Source: Bradymonadia bacterium (GTDB taxonomy: Bacteria > Myxococcota_A > Bradymonadia > UBA7976 > UBA1532). From it: a stretch of 64,000 nt of DNA. The number at the start of each line of letters is the position of its first letter. The first letter of the stretch is position 1. The notes beneath the pieces are model-generated. The model worked only from the letters and a program-made list of their open reading frames with translations, had not been told where the DNA came from and ran no database searches. Below, in pieces: positions 27,903 through 37,875 of this stretch. The DNA lies in the NCBI GenBank assembly GCA_046290225.1, contig JBKAGE010000075.1, positions 192,001 to 256,000 of the forward strand, written 5' to 3'. Made by a program: the position numbers and the translations under genes.

Positions 27903-28682
27903 ATGGCCAGCGGCATTTACACATCCATGACGGGAGCCATGGCCCAGGAGCGGGCCCTCGAGAGTGTCAGCCACAACCTGGCCAACGCCCTCACTCCCGG
28001 CTTCAAGCGTCAACAGGACACCTTCGAGGCGATCCGGACCGAGGTGGAGGGGCGCATCTCTGATCCCGAGCAGGCCCCAGGGGTGCCCGAGCCCAAGCGG
28101 GAGCTCCTCGAAGATCGCATCGGCGCCAGCCACAACGCCCGGCACACCCTCTGGGCTCAGGGCGCTCTCAAGAAGACCGACAACACCCTCGACGTGGCCC
28201 TCGCCGGTGGCGGGCTCTTCGAGGTGCAGAGCCCCGATGGTCAACCGCGCTACACCCGCAACGGCGCCCTCACCTTGAGGCCCGATGGCACCCTGGTCAG
28301 TCACCAGGGGCTGCCCATCATCGACGCCAGCGGGGGCACGATTCAGATCCCCGACGACGCCAAGGACATCTCCATCACCCTCGAAGGCAAGATCACCAGC
28401 CAGGGCGATGAGATCGGTCAGCTGAAGGTGGTGAAGTTCGATGCCCCACAGGATCTGATCCGAGAGGGCGGCAGCTTGTACAGCGCCCCTCAGGGGGCCA
28501 ACCCTCAGGCAGACACCGGCACCCAGGTCATCCAGGGGCGGCTGGAGCAGTCCACCGTGAACGCCATCAGCTCCATGACGCAGATGATCCGCACGCAGCG
28601 GGTCTTCGACTTCAACACCAAGGCGATCCAGACCTATCAGCAGATGGACAGCCAGGCGGCCACCGACATCGCCAGGCCCTGA
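27903..28682 (+). CDS. flgF: Flagellar basal-body rod protein FlgF
   Basis: GIYTSMTG...SHNLANALTPGFK; YTRNG; QGRLEQSTVN; GGAGG RBS. Confidence 0.9.
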   Translation: MASGIYTSMTGAMAQERALESVSHNLANALTPGFKRQQDTFEAIRTEVEGRISDPEQAPGVPEPKRELLEDRIGASHNARHTLWAQGALKKTDNTLDVALAGGGLFEVQSPDGQPRYTRNGALTLRPDGTLVSHQGLPIIDASGGTIQIPDDAKDISITLEGKITSQGDEIGQLKVVKFDAPQDLIREGGSLYSAPQGANPQADTGTQVIQGRLEQSTVNAISSMTQMIRTQRVFDFNTKAIQTYQQMDSQAATDIARP

Positions 28683-28735
28683 GGCCCGAGCGGCACTGAA
28701 AGCGGGTCCTGAACGGATCCTGAAAGGACTCGACC

Positions 28736-29521
28736 ATGTTGAGATCACTCCACTCCGCCGCCACGGGCATGAAGGCCCAGCAGACCTTCATCGACGTGAC
28801 CTCGAACAACCTCGCCAACGTGAACACCACGGGGTTCAAGCGGTCCCGGGTGAACTTCCAGGATCTGATGTACCAGACCCAGGACGCTCCGGGGGCCGAC
28901 GTGGCTCAGGGCGTGCGCAAGCCCACGGGCATTCAGGTGGGCAATGGTGTCCGGACCGGCAGCGTGCAGAAAGAGTTCGGCGACGGCGCGGTGCGGGTCA
29001 CCAACAACGCCACCGACATCCGCATCGTGGGTCAGGGCTTCTTTCGCGTGCAGTTGCCCAACGGCCAGGGCTTCGCCTACACCCGGGACGGCGCCTTTCA
29101 GCGCAACGAGCAGGGCCAGCTCGTCACCTCTGGTGGCTACTTGCTCGATCCCCCCATCACAGTCGGGGTGGACGCGGTCTCGGTGAGCATCGGCGAAGAC
29201 GGCGTGGTGAGCACCCAGCTCGCCAACGGCCAGAACGTCAATGCCGGTACTATTCAGACCGCCTCCTTCGTGAACCCCGCGGGCCTCAAGGCCATGGGGG
29301 GCAACCTGTTCCAAGAGAGCCCCGCCAGTGGGAACGCCCAGCAGGGCACCCCAGGCACTCCGGGCTTCGGGGTGCTGCAGTCCGGAGCCCTCGAGATGTC
29401 CAACGTCACCGCCGTGGAGGAGATGATCTCGCTCATCACCGCCCAGCGGGCCTTCGAGTTCAACAGCAAGTCGGTTCAGGCCTCGGATCAGATGCTCCGA
29501 GAGCTGAGCAACCTGCGCTGA
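28736..29521 (+). CDS. flgG: Flagellar basal-body rod protein FlgG
   Basis: SNNLANVNTTGFKRSRVNFQDLMYQ; LEMSNV..VEEMISLITAQRAFE. Confidence 0.95.
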   Translation: MLRSLHSAATGMKAQQTFIDVTSNNLANVNTTGFKRSRVNFQDLMYQTQDAPGADVAQGVRKPTGIQVGNGVRTGSVQKEFGDGAVRVTNNATDIRIVGQGFFRVQLPNGQGFAYTRDGAFQRNEQGQLVTSGGYLLDPPITVGVDAVSVSIGEDGVVSTQLANGQNVNAGTIQTASFVNPAGLKAMGGNLFQESPASGNAQQGTPGTPGFGVLQSGALEMSNVTAVEEMISLITAQRAFEFNSKSVQASDQMLRELSNLR

Positions 29522-29529
29522 GGGGTGGG

Positions 29530-30480
29530 ATGATGCGCCTCGCTCTCATGATCGCCGTGTGTGGGTTTTTGCCTTTGGTGGCCCACGGCGCACCGACAGT
29601 GACGGTCCGAGAGACCGCACAAATCACCGCGCCTCGCATCAAGCTCGGCGCCGTGGCGCGGCTGTCGGGGCTCAACCGCACGGACCGTGCGCGCATGGCG
29701 CAGATCGATCTCGGCCCGGCGCCCAAGCCGGGGCTCAACCGGGTGCTCACCTCGGCCTATCTGAAGACCCGCCTCGCCGGTCGTACCCGAGGGGCGAAGG
29801 TGAAGCTGCCCTCGCGGCTGGTCATCACCCGGGGCACTCGCACCCTCAAGGCCACGGGGCTGTCGGCCACCATCAGGGCCAGGATCGAAGAGGCCATGCC
29901 CCACGATCTCGCCGACGTGGCCGAGGTCCGGGTGGGGCCCTTGAGCGACGCCACGGTCCCCGGCGGTACCCGAACGGTGGTGGTGCTCCCCGAGGAGAGC
30001 GACTACCGCGGTGTGGTCCCCGTGAAGGTGGAGCATCACCTCGGCGACGGCCAGGTGCGCACGCTCCACGTGGAGGCCTTCGTCGATTTGTACGTGAACA
30101 CCTGGCAGGCCGGCGTGGCGTTGCAGGCGGGGGAGATTGTCGCCGAAGATGCTCTGCGCTCGGTGCGGGTGCCGTCGAGCACGCTGCCCCGAGATCATGC
30201 CGAGGGGGCCGACGAGATCGTCGGCGCCCGCCTCACCGCGCACATGAAGCCCGGCGATGTGTTCCAGCGGGGCCGACTCAAGGCACCCCCCATGGTGCGT
30301 CGGGGTGATCGGGTGCGCCTGAGGGTGCGCCGAGGGATCCTCGAGGTCTCTGCGTGGGGCGAGATGCTCAGCTACGAGGGGGCCCGAGGGGCTCAGGTGC
30401 AGGTGCGCAACCTCGCCAGCAACACCCTGGTCTATGGTCGGGTCGCGGCCCCCGGTGAAGTCATCGTGGGAGGTCAGTGA
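29530..30480 (+). CDS. flgA: Flagellar P-ring formation chaperone FlgA
   Basis: Signal peptide; PPMVRRGDRV...VQVRNLAS; lies between flgG and flgH. Confidence 0.85.
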   Translation: MMRLALMIAVCGFLPLVAHGAPTVTVRETAQITAPRIKLGAVARLSGLNRTDRARMAQIDLGPAPKPGLNRVLTSAYLKTRLAGRTRGAKVKLPSRLVITRGTRTLKATGLSATIRARIEEAMPHDLADVAEVRVGPLSDATVPGGTRTVVVLPEESDYRGVVPVKVEHHLGDGQVRTLHVEAFVDLYVNTWQAGVALQAGEIVAEDALRSVRVPSSTLPRDHAEGADEIVGARLTAHMKPGDVFQRGRLKAPPMVRRGDRVRLRVRRGILEVSAWGEMLSYEGARGAQVQVRNLASNTLVYGRVAAPGEVIVGGQ

Positions 30481-31202
30481 TGATGCGCCGTCTACAGTGG
30501 GCCGCTCTTGCGGTGGCCACCGTCGCAGGGGGCCTCGTGGCTTGCGGGCCCAACCACATCAACGCCTACACGCCCAAGCAGCGGCCCTACACGTTTCTCG
30601 AGGAGCCCGAGCGCGGCAACAACAGCGCAGGATCGCTGTGGAGCCCCAACAGTGGGGTCAACGACGCCGTAGCCGACAACCGGGCTCAGCGAGTGGGCGA
30701 CGTGGTCATCGTCACCATCGAAGAGTCAGCGAGCGCCACCCAGGATACGGCCCTGAGCACCTCGAAGGCCACGGAGCGGACCGCCAACGTGCGGGCGTTT
30801 CTGGGGTTGATGCAGCAGCTGAGGACCAACAACGGCTTCATCGAGCAGATCGGCGACGAGGGGCAGCTCATCAACCTGGCCAGCGACAGCAGCTTCGAAG
30901 GCAGTGGGAGTGGCAGCCGGAACCAGCAGATGAGCGCCACGGTGCCCGCCATCGTCAAGAAGGTGAACGCCCGGGGCAACCTGCTCTTCGTGGAAGGCCA
31001 CCGCACGCTGCTGGTGAACAACGAGGAGCACCACTTCTACATCAGCGGGGTGGTGCGGAAGAACGACATCAACAACCTCAACCAGATCAGCTCGACCGAG
31101 ATGGCCGACGCCCAGATCGAGTTCACCGGCCGCGGGGCCATGAGCGACGGCGTCGACAAGGGCTGGTTCACCCGGACCATGGACTACATCTGGCCCTTCT
31201 GA
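30477..31202 (+). CDS. flgH: Flagellar L-ring protein
   Basis: Lipobox LVAC; DNRAQRVGDVVIVTIEE; GVVRKNDI..ADAQIEFTGRG; C-terminal WPF. Confidence 0.93.
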   Translation: MMMRRLQWAALAVATVAGGLVACGPNHINAYTPKQRPYTFLEEPERGNNSAGSLWSPNSGVNDAVADNRAQRVGDVVIVTIEESASATQDTALSTSKATERTANVRAFLGLMQQLRTNNGFIEQIGDEGQLINLASDSSFEGSGSGSRNQQMSATVPAIVKKVNARGNLLFVEGHRTLLVNNEEHHFYISGVVRKNDINNLNQISSTEMADAQIEFTGRGAMSDGVDKGWFTRTMDYIWPF

Positions 31203-31228
31203 GGGCTGCCTGAAGAGAGCGCGAGACG

Positions 31229-32335
31229 ATGCACCACCTCATCCGAGCCATCCTGATCATCAGCGCCGTCCTGGCCACGGCGATGCCCGCTGCCCACAGC
31301 GCCCGCATCAAGGAGCTGGTGGAGATCGGCGGCGTGCGCCCCAACCAGCTGCGGGGCATCGGCCTGATCACCGGCCTCAACGGCACTGGCGACACTGAGC
31401 AGACCCTGATGGCGAACCAGGCCCTGGCGAGCCAGATGGCCAAGTACGGCATCCGCCTCGAAGCGGCGGTGCGTACCCAGAACGTGGCCTTTGTGATGGT
31501 GACCGCAGAGCTGCCCCCCTTCAGCCGCCCGGGGAACCGCCTCGACATCAAGGTGAGCAGCGTGGGCGACGCCAGCAGCCTCGAAGGGGGTGAGCTGATG
31601 CACGCCGCCCTGCGGGGACACGATGGTCAGGTCTACGTGGTGGCCGCAGGGCCTGTCTCCGTGGGCGGCTACTCGGTCACGGGCCCTGGGGGCAACAGCG
31701 AGACCCGGAACCACCCCACCGTAGGCCGCGTGCCCCGAGGTGGCATTGTGGAGCGGGGCGTGTCCACGGACTTCGTGGACCAGAAAAAGATCACCCTGCA
31801 GCTCAAGCGGGCCGACTTCACCACCGCCGCTCGCATCAGCAAAGTCATCAACAGTGAGTTTGGCAGCGCGAAGGTGGCGAAGGCCCTCGACTCTGGCACC
31901 GTGCAGGTCGAAATCCCCGGCGGCTATAAGCACCGCGCCGTGGAGTTCATGGCCATCATGGAGCGCCTGGAGGTCAGCCCTGACGCCAAGGCCAAGGTGG
32001 TCTTCAACGCCCGCACAGGGACCATCGTCATCGGCCAGGAGGTCCGGGTGCGGTCCGTCGCCGTGGCCCACGGCAACCTCACCGTGACCATCAAGGTGGA
32101 CGAGCGGGCCATCCCCGCAGGTGTGGCCACACCGGGTCGTACCGTGAAGACCCGCAACGCCAAATTGAAGGTGAGAGAGCAACCCGGCGGCCTGCGCGTT
32201 GTGGCGCCAGGGGTCACCCTCAATGAACTGGTGAGCTCCCTCAACAGCCTCGGGGCCAGCCCCAGAGATCTGGTGAGCATCCTCCAGGCCATCGATCAGG
32301 CCGGGGCCCTGGATGCCACGCTGGAGATCCTCTGA
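31229..32335 (+). CDS. flgI: Flagellar P-ring protein
   Basis: RIKEL..GVRPNQLRGIGLITGLNGTGD; AFVMVTAELPPF; ILQAIDQAGAL. Confidence 0.95.
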   Translation: MHHLIRAILIISAVLATAMPAAHSARIKELVEIGGVRPNQLRGIGLITGLNGTGDTEQTLMANQALASQMAKYGIRLEAAVRTQNVAFVMVTAELPPFSRPGNRLDIKVSSVGDASSLEGGELMHAALRGHDGQVYVVAAGPVSVGGYSVTGPGGNSETRNHPTVGRVPRGGIVERGVSTDFVDQKKITLQLKRADFTTAARISKVINSEFGSAKVAKALDSGTVQVEIPGGYKHRAVEFMAIMERLEVSPDAKAKVVFNARTGTIVIGQEVRVRSVAVAHGNLTVTIKVDERAIPAGVATPGRTVKTRNAKLKVREQPGGLRVVAPGVTLNELVSSLNSLGASPRDLVSILQAIDQAGALDATLEIL

Positions 32336-33342
32336 TGGATCCCACCGCCGCAGCCCATTTGAAGGCGCAGACCGCTCAACGCCCGGAACAGGCCCTGGCC
32401 CGGAAGGCCGGCGGTGGTGACGAGACGTTGAAGGCCGCGGCGGCCCAGTTCGAGGCGCTGATGATGCATCAGATGCTCAAATCGATGCGGCAGACGGTGC
32501 AGCTCGGCGAAGGGCAGGGGGGCGGCAACGAGCCCAGCTTCGCCCGCAAGATGTACACCGAGCTGCTCGACGAAGAGTACGCCCAGATCGCCGGTAAGCA
32601 GGGTGGTCTGGGTCTCGCCGAGTTGATCGTCTCCCAGCTCGGCGGCGATTCGGCCCCTGCAATGGGAGCGAAGCTGCCTGCTCAGCGCATCGGGCCCAAC
32701 CCCATGGGGCCGCAGGTCCCGGCGTCCAGCGTCGAGGTTGCGAGTGCGGCGAAGAAGACCGCCGGCGCTCGCCCTGTGCAGCTGGGTGAAGACAGCCCCT
32801 ATGTGCATCGTGGCCAGACCATGACCATGCCCGCCACCGGGCGGCTCAGCAGCCACTTCGGCCCTCGCCGACTGCACGGTGGCCCCAAGAGGCATCACAA
32901 GGGTCTCGACATCGCTGCCCCCACGGGGCGCCCAATCGGCGCAGCGTTGCCGGGCAAGGTGGCCTTCGCTGGCACCCTCAAGGGTTACGGCAAGGTGGTC
33001 TACCTCGACCACGGCGATGGCCTGACGACGCGTTATGCCCACGCCAGCGCCCTGGAGGTGAAGGCTGGTGACGAGGTGGCCCAGGGCCAGACCATCGCCG
33101 CTGTGGGCAGCACCGGGCGAAGCACCGGCCCGCACCTGCACTTCGAGGTGCGGCGCAACGGCAAAGCCGAAGATCCGCTGCCCTGGCTGGGGCTCTCCCG
33201 AGCCGATCGCCATGTGCACGTACACGATCACGCAGAAGAACGGCCCCTCGAGGGCCACTCACACGAGGAGGAAGAGGCGAAGGCGCAATCACGCGCAGAG
33301 TTGACCCGGCTTGATAAGCTGGCACCCTTGATCACACCTTAA
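32335..33342 (+). CDS. flgJ: FlgJ rod-binding domain fused to an M23 metallopeptidase
   Basis: LKAAAAQFEALMMHQMLKSMRQT...GLAELI; HKGLD, YAH, STGPHLHFEVR. Confidence 0.85.
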   Translation: MDPTAAAHLKAQTAQRPEQALARKAGGGDETLKAAAAQFEALMMHQMLKSMRQTVQLGEGQGGGNEPSFARKMYTELLDEEYAQIAGKQGGLGLAELIVSQLGGDSAPAMGAKLPAQRIGPNPMGPQVPASSVEVASAAKKTAGARPVQLGEDSPYVHRGQTMTMPATGRLSSHFGPRRLHGGPKRHHKGLDIAAPTGRPIGAALPGKVAFAGTLKGYGKVVYLDHGDGLTTRYAHASALEVKAGDEVAQGQTIAAVGSTGRSTGPHLHFEVRRNGKAEDPLPWLGLSRADRHVHVHDHAEERPLEGHSHEEEEAKAQSRAELTRLDKLAPLITP

Positions 33343-33391
33343 CCCCGCGCGGTATTTTTGAGGGGCGCTGAAGATTTTGTGAAAAAAGTCT

Positions 33392-33418
33392 TCAAGTCCC
33401 GGAAAAGGCCGACGATGT
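33392..33418 (+). promoter_or_regulatory. Sigma28 (FliA)-like promoter of flgM
   Basis: TCAAG-N14-GACGATGT. Confidence 0.7.
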
Positions 33419-33466
33419 GTGGGTTGAAACGACTACAGCCACCACGGTGGTTGACGAGGTGTAAAG

Positions 33467-33799
33467 ATGGCCATTCGGATCGGCGGATATGGACCTGCAG
33501 AGCAGGCTGAGCGTGCCCGGTCCCGTTCTGCCGCCAAAGCAAAAGGCGGCAAGGGCGAGGCCCTCGGGTCGAAAGACGCCCCGGCGGCCAAGGGTGCTGC
33601 GACTGGCATGGACACGGTGAAGCTTCAGGGGAACAGCGCTGCGGTGAACACCGTGCGCGAGGCCACGGACGGCCTCTCTGAAGTCGACGCCGCCAAGGTG
33701 GCCGAGCTCAAGGCGGCCATCAAAGAGGGACGCTACGAGGTGAACCCCGACGCCATCGCTTCGGCGATGGTGGACGAGGCCACGGAGCTCGAGGGCTGA
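33467..33799 (+). CDS. flgM: Anti-sigma28 factor FlgM
   Basis: DTVKL...EVDAAKVAELKAAIKEGRYEVNPDAIASAM. Confidence 0.9.
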   Translation: MAIRIGGYGPAEQAERARSRSAAKAKGGKGEALGSKDAPAAKGAATGMDTVKLQGNSAAVNTVREATDGLSEVDAAKVAELKAAIKEGRYEVNPDAIASAMVDEATELEG

Positions 33800-33887
33800 A
33801 CTCACCGTTGATGGTCACGGTACCTGCTGTGGCCTCGACGAAACTCTGCACAACATCGCGACTTCGCCTCCCTGAGCAGGAGGCGAG

Positions 33888-34448
33888 ATGCACACCGAAC
33901 ACGCCAGGCAGCGTTCCGACGCTTCGAGGACGCCCCACGAGGGTGCACCGCTCGACCCCCTCGAGCAGGCCCTCGCCGCATTGCTCGACCACCTGATCGA
34001 TGAAGAGGCCGCCCTGAGCAGGATGGCCCAGGCCCTCGCCGAAGAGCAGCGCGCGCTCAGGCATCTCGATCAGGGCATCCTCAGAGCTGCGCTCATCGAA
34101 AAGAAGGTGGTGGCCAACGCCCAGAAGGTGTTGGAGCAGACCCGGGCGATGCGCATGGATCAGGTGATCACGGCGCTCCCCACCTCGGCGCAGTCGCGAT
34201 CGCTCTCGGCCATCATCAAGGCCGTCGAGGAGCCCTGGTGCTCTCAGCTCAGCGAGATCAGGCATCAAATCAGACGACGTCTTGGCGAAGTGCAGCGCAT
34301 GCACGAGGCCAACAAGGCCCTGGCGACGACCGGTCAGAAGACCGTGGCCCGGGCGCTGGAGCACCTCGGCCGCCGGTCCGGGGGCACCTATGGCGCCTCC
34401 GGGCGACGTCAGCCTGCGCGGCCGCCTCGGGCCGTCACCGTGTCCTGA
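33888..34448 (+). CDS. flgN: Flagellar export chaperone FlgN
   Basis: Helical protein between flgM and flgK; EANKAL...TYGASG motif. Confidence 0.75.
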   Translation: MHTEHARQRSDASRTPHEGAPLDPLEQALAALLDHLIDEEAALSRMAQALAEEQRALRHLDQGILRAALIEKKVVANAQKVLEQTRAMRMDQVITALPTSAQSRSLSAIIKAVEEPWCSQLSEIRHQIRRRLGEVQRMHEANKALATTGQKTVARALEHLGRRSGGTYGASGRRQPARPPRAVTVS

Positions 34449-34457
34449 GGAGTCTGT

Positions 34458-35867
34458 ATGAGTTTGTTTCGCACCCTGGGCATCGGCCACTCGGGCATGC
34501 AGTCCAGCCAGACGGGCCTCAACAACACGGGTCACAACATCGCCAACGCCGGCGTCGAGGGTTTCACCCGGCGCAAGACCGTGCTGGGGATCCAGGAGCC
34601 TCAACGCTACGGCGGCCAGTGGATGGGCCGAGGCAGCAGGGTGGACAACATTCTGCGCAGCTACGACAGCTTCCTCGACGCTCAGGTGCGCCGGGACAAG
34701 AGCGCCTACGCCTACCTCGACGCTCGCGGGCGAACGCTCAACGCCGTGGAGCGGCTGTTCGAAACTGAGGGGGCCAACGACATCGGCGCCCGGATGAGCA
34801 GCTTCTTCAACGCCGCTCGATCTCTGAGCGAGCAGGCCGACGACAACGCCGCTCGCCGAGAATTGCTCCTCGCCGCGGAGCAGACCGCCCTGGCGTTTCG
34901 CAACCTCGACGGCGATCTGCAGAGCATGCAGGGCACCATCGATCGCGAGATCAGCGCCAAGGTGGACGAGATCAACACCCTCACCGGCATCGTCTCGGCT
35001 CTGAACCCCCGCATCGCCGGGGGCGAGCTCGACGAGCAGGAGGCTGCTGATCTGCGCGACCAGCGGGATCAGGCCTTGCGGCGTCTGAGCGAGCTGGTGC
35101 AGGTGAACATCATCACCGAGCCCAGCGGCATGACCTCGGTCCGCCTCGCCAGCGGTGATCTGCTCGTCGACAAGTCTGATCAATTCACCCTGGCCACCTC
35201 GCCAGATCCCGACAACAACGGCCTCATGGCCGTGCAGGTGGTGAACCGGCGTGGTGGAGCGCGCAACGTGACCAGCGCCCTGGGCCAGGGCGAGCTCGGT
35301 GGCCTCGTGAGCGTGCGAGACGACGACATCCCCCAGTGGCGCGCCACCCTCGACCAGCTGGCCTTCAGCTTCGCCACGGCAGTGAATGCCGCCCACCAGG
35401 GCGGTGTGGGCCTCGATGGCGTCGGTGGCAGGGACATCTTCACCGGCGTGGCCGATGTGCAGGGCGCCGCCAGCACCATCGCCGTGGATCCCGACATGCT
35501 GGCCAACCCTGATCGCGTCGCCGCCGCAGCCGATGGGCTGGGCCTGCCTCAAGGGAACACGAATGCCCTGGCCATGGCCGATCTCGACAGCGCCGAGCTG
35601 GCCGATCTCGGCGGAGTGAACGTCCGGGAGGCCTTTGGTGAGCTCGTGTACGCCGTGGGCCGTACCACCGCCGACAATGAAGAGCTGATGAACCGCAAAG
35701 CCGTCGAGGCGGAGCAATCTCAGAGCCTCTTCGACTCGGTGACGGGGGTGAGCATCGACGACGAGATGATCGAGTTGACCAAGTATCAGCGTCACTTCGA
35801 GGCCAGCGCCCGGGTCATCACCACGGTGGACCAGCTGCTCGACTCTGTCCTCGCCCTCGTGGGGTGA
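34458..35867 (+). CDS. flgK: Hook-associated protein 1
   Basis: GHNIANAGVEGFTR; LRDQRD; VTGVSIDDEMIELTKYQRHFEASARVI. Confidence 0.95.
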   Translation: MSLFRTLGIGHSGMQSSQTGLNNTGHNIANAGVEGFTRRKTVLGIQEPQRYGGQWMGRGSRVDNILRSYDSFLDAQVRRDKSAYAYLDARGRTLNAVERLFETEGANDIGARMSSFFNAARSLSEQADDNAARRELLLAAEQTALAFRNLDGDLQSMQGTIDREISAKVDEINTLTGIVSALNPRIAGGELDEQEAADLRDQRDQALRRLSELVQVNIITEPSGMTSVRLASGDLLVDKSDQFTLATSPDPDNNGLMAVQVVNRRGGARNVTSALGQGELGGLVSVRDDDIPQWRATLDQLAFSFATAVNAAHQGGVGLDGVGGRDIFTGVADVQGAASTIAVDPDMLANPDRVAAAADGLGLPQGNTNALAMADLDSAELADLGGVNVREAFGELVYAVGRTTADNEELMNRKAVEAEQSQSLFDSVTGVSIDDEMIELTKYQRHFEASARVITTVDQLLDSVLALVG

Positions 35868-35910
35868 GCCTGGAAGGGGGGCCGAACTGGCCCTCTGAAG
35901 ATGTTTCTTC

Positions 35911-35938
35911 TCATGTCACCGGCCGCATAAGCCGATGT
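35911..35938 (+). promoter_or_regulatory. Sigma28-like internal promoter upstream of flgL
   Basis: TCATG-N15-GCCGATGT in the 161-bp flgK-flgL gap. Confidence 0.55.
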
Positions 35939-36028
35939 CTGGGGAGCTTGCCAATGCGCCGCCTCTTCGAGATCGCCTTCACATGAAGGCCAAACGAAGC
36001 GGCGGATAGGGATTTCGGGGAAAACTGC

Positions 36029-36916
36029 ATGCGAGTGTCCGAGCGCAACCGGTTCGAATCACCTCGACGACGTCTCGAGATGCTTCGCAGCCGCATGAAC
36101 GACGCCAGCGACGAGGTGAGCACCGGTCTCAGGGTTCGCCGACCCTCTGACGACCCCCTGGCGGCGAAGCGTCTGCACGATCTCGATCTGCGCATCAGCC
36201 GCCTCGATGGCCACATGCGATCCGCTGAGCGGGTGGACAACCGCCTACGAGAAACCGATGGCGTGCTCGAAGAGGTGATCTCCCTCCTCGACGAGGTGAA
36301 GTCTCTCGGTCTGCGGGGGGCCAACGATACGAACAACGCCGAAGATCGAGCCCTCATCGCCGAGGAGATCAGCAGCCTGATTACGCAGGTGGCCGATCTG
36401 GCCAACACCCGCGATGCCGACGGCTTCCTCTTTACAGGGGCTCTGGGTGACGTAGCCCCCGTGGACGATGCGCTCAACGTCAAGAACGACGATCGGGCCT
36501 TGAGCGTCGAGGTGGGGGAGGGGGTTCGCGTACAGGAAGGTGTGCTGGCGGCGACCATCTTCGGAGATGGCACGCCGGCGACGATTCAGGTCTTCGACAC
36601 CCTCGTGGCCCTGAGAGATGCCGTGGCCAACGGGGATCAGGGCGGACTCGACACCGCCCTCGCCGACATGGACACAGCGACGGAGCAGGTCATCGACGCC
36701 CGGGGCACTGCAGGCATCATCCTCGGTCGCCTGGAAGGTGCCATGACCGTGAACGACCGCTTGCAGGCCTCTCTCCCGCTGGAGCGGGCCAGCCTGGTGG
36801 AGGCTGACTTCGTTGAGGCGGTGAACGAGCTCTCCCGTGCGGAGAGCATGTTCCAAGCCAGCCTCGCCGCCTCGGGGCGGACCGTGGGTGGATCCACGTT
36901 GCTCGACTATCTGTGA
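36029..36916 (+). CDS. flgL: Hook-associated protein 3
   Basis: STGLRVRRPSDDP; GANDTN; LANTR..FLFTG; C-terminal TLLDYL. Confidence 0.9.
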   Translation: MRVSERNRFESPRRRLEMLRSRMNDASDEVSTGLRVRRPSDDPLAAKRLHDLDLRISRLDGHMRSAERVDNRLRETDGVLEEVISLLDEVKSLGLRGANDTNNAEDRALIAEEISSLITQVADLANTRDADGFLFTGALGDVAPVDDALNVKNDDRALSVEVGEGVRVQEGVLAATIFGDGTPATIQVFDTLVALRDAVANGDQGGLDTALADMDTATEQVIDARGTAGIILGRLEGAMTVNDRLQASLPLERASLVEADFVEAVNELSRAESMFQASLAASGRTVGGSTLLDYL

Positions 36917-36974
36917 CAGCTCGGGACTCCCCCGGAGCTGAAGACGGCGCCAGGAGGCGCCAGGGAGGGGCGTC

Positions 36975-37391
36975 GTGCTGACGCTGACGCGCAAAATCGG
37001 CGAGGCCCTGTGCATCGGCGATGACATCAAAGTGGTGGTGAAGGAGATCCGAGGCAAGCAAGTGCGCCTCGGCATCCAGGCCCCCACGGAGATCTACGTC
37101 TGCCGTGAAGAACTCTACCGCAAGATTCACACCGCCAACGTGATGGCCGCCGCCGGGGCCACAGACAAACTCGACAAACTCGACGTGCTCGGGGGGCTCT
37201 TCGCCAGGCCCTCAGGCAAGGTGGCCCAGCGCGACCCGTCGAACGCTCAAGGATCCAGGCGCAATGGACAACATGCCGCTGCCCATGACACCGAGCAGGA
37301 CTCGACCGCACCACAGAGCACCGAGAATGGACAGCGAGAGGCCTCGAAGCCCGACGCCGCTGGCCAGGAGGAGCAGAGCAATGCGGGTTGA
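36975..37391 (+). CDS. csrA: Carbon storage regulator CsrA with C-terminal extension
   Basis: MLTLTRKIGEALCIGDDIKVVV..VRLGIQAP..REELY. Confidence 0.93.
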   Translation: MLTLTRKIGEALCIGDDIKVVVKEIRGKQVRLGIQAPTEIYVCREELYRKIHTANVMAAAGATDKLDKLDVLGGLFARPSGKVAQRDPSNAQGSRRNGQHAAAHDTEQDSTAPQSTENGQREASKPDAAGQEEQSNAG

Positions 37392-37866
37392 GACCTCGAG
37401 GTTCGGGGTCCTCGACATCAACCCCGAGGCGCTGTTCACGTTCCCCATGGGTTTGCTGGGGTTCTCGCGGCACAAGAAGTTCGTGGTCCTCGATCATCGG
37501 GAGGACAGCCCCTTCAAGTGGCTCCAGAGCGCTGAAGACGGTGATCTGGCCTTCATCATCAGCGATCCGCTGTTCTTCAAGCCCGACTATCACATCAATG
37601 TGAGGCGGGGAGAGATCTCCGTCATCGATCCCGAAGACGCCGATGATCTGGTGGTCTCGGTCATCATGACCGTGCCCGATGACCCACATCAGCTGAGCGC
37701 CAACCTCATGGCCCCCCTCGTGTTCAACATGGTCAATCGCCGGGGCATGCAGCTGGTGCTTCATGATCAGCGCTATCCCGTCCGATACAAGGTATTGCCC
37801 GAAGGGGCATCACCGACGGAGATCCCGATGCACGAGCCGGCCATCCGGTCCATCTCGATCAGCTGA
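37381..37866 (+). CDS. fliW: Flagellar assembly factor FliW
   Basis: ETSRFG...FPMGLLGF...PFKWLQS...ANLMAPLVFN; ATG at 37381. Confidence 0.92.
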   Translation: MRVETSRFGVLDINPEALFTFPMGLLGFSRHKKFVVLDHREDSPFKWLQSAEDGDLAFIISDPLFFKPDYHINVRRGEISVIDPEDADDLVVSVIMTVPDDPHQLSANLMAPLVFNMVNRRGMQLVLHDQRYPVRYKVLPEGASPTEIPMHEPAIRSISIS

Positions 37867-37875
37867 AAGGCCACC

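Noticed and set aside
33320..33335. Sigma54 promoter before flgM (TGGCAC)
   Set aside because: No GC at the -12 position; a sigma28-like promoter explains the region.
33720..35795. 691-aa minus-strand ORF
   Set aside because: Antisense shadow of flgN-flgK.
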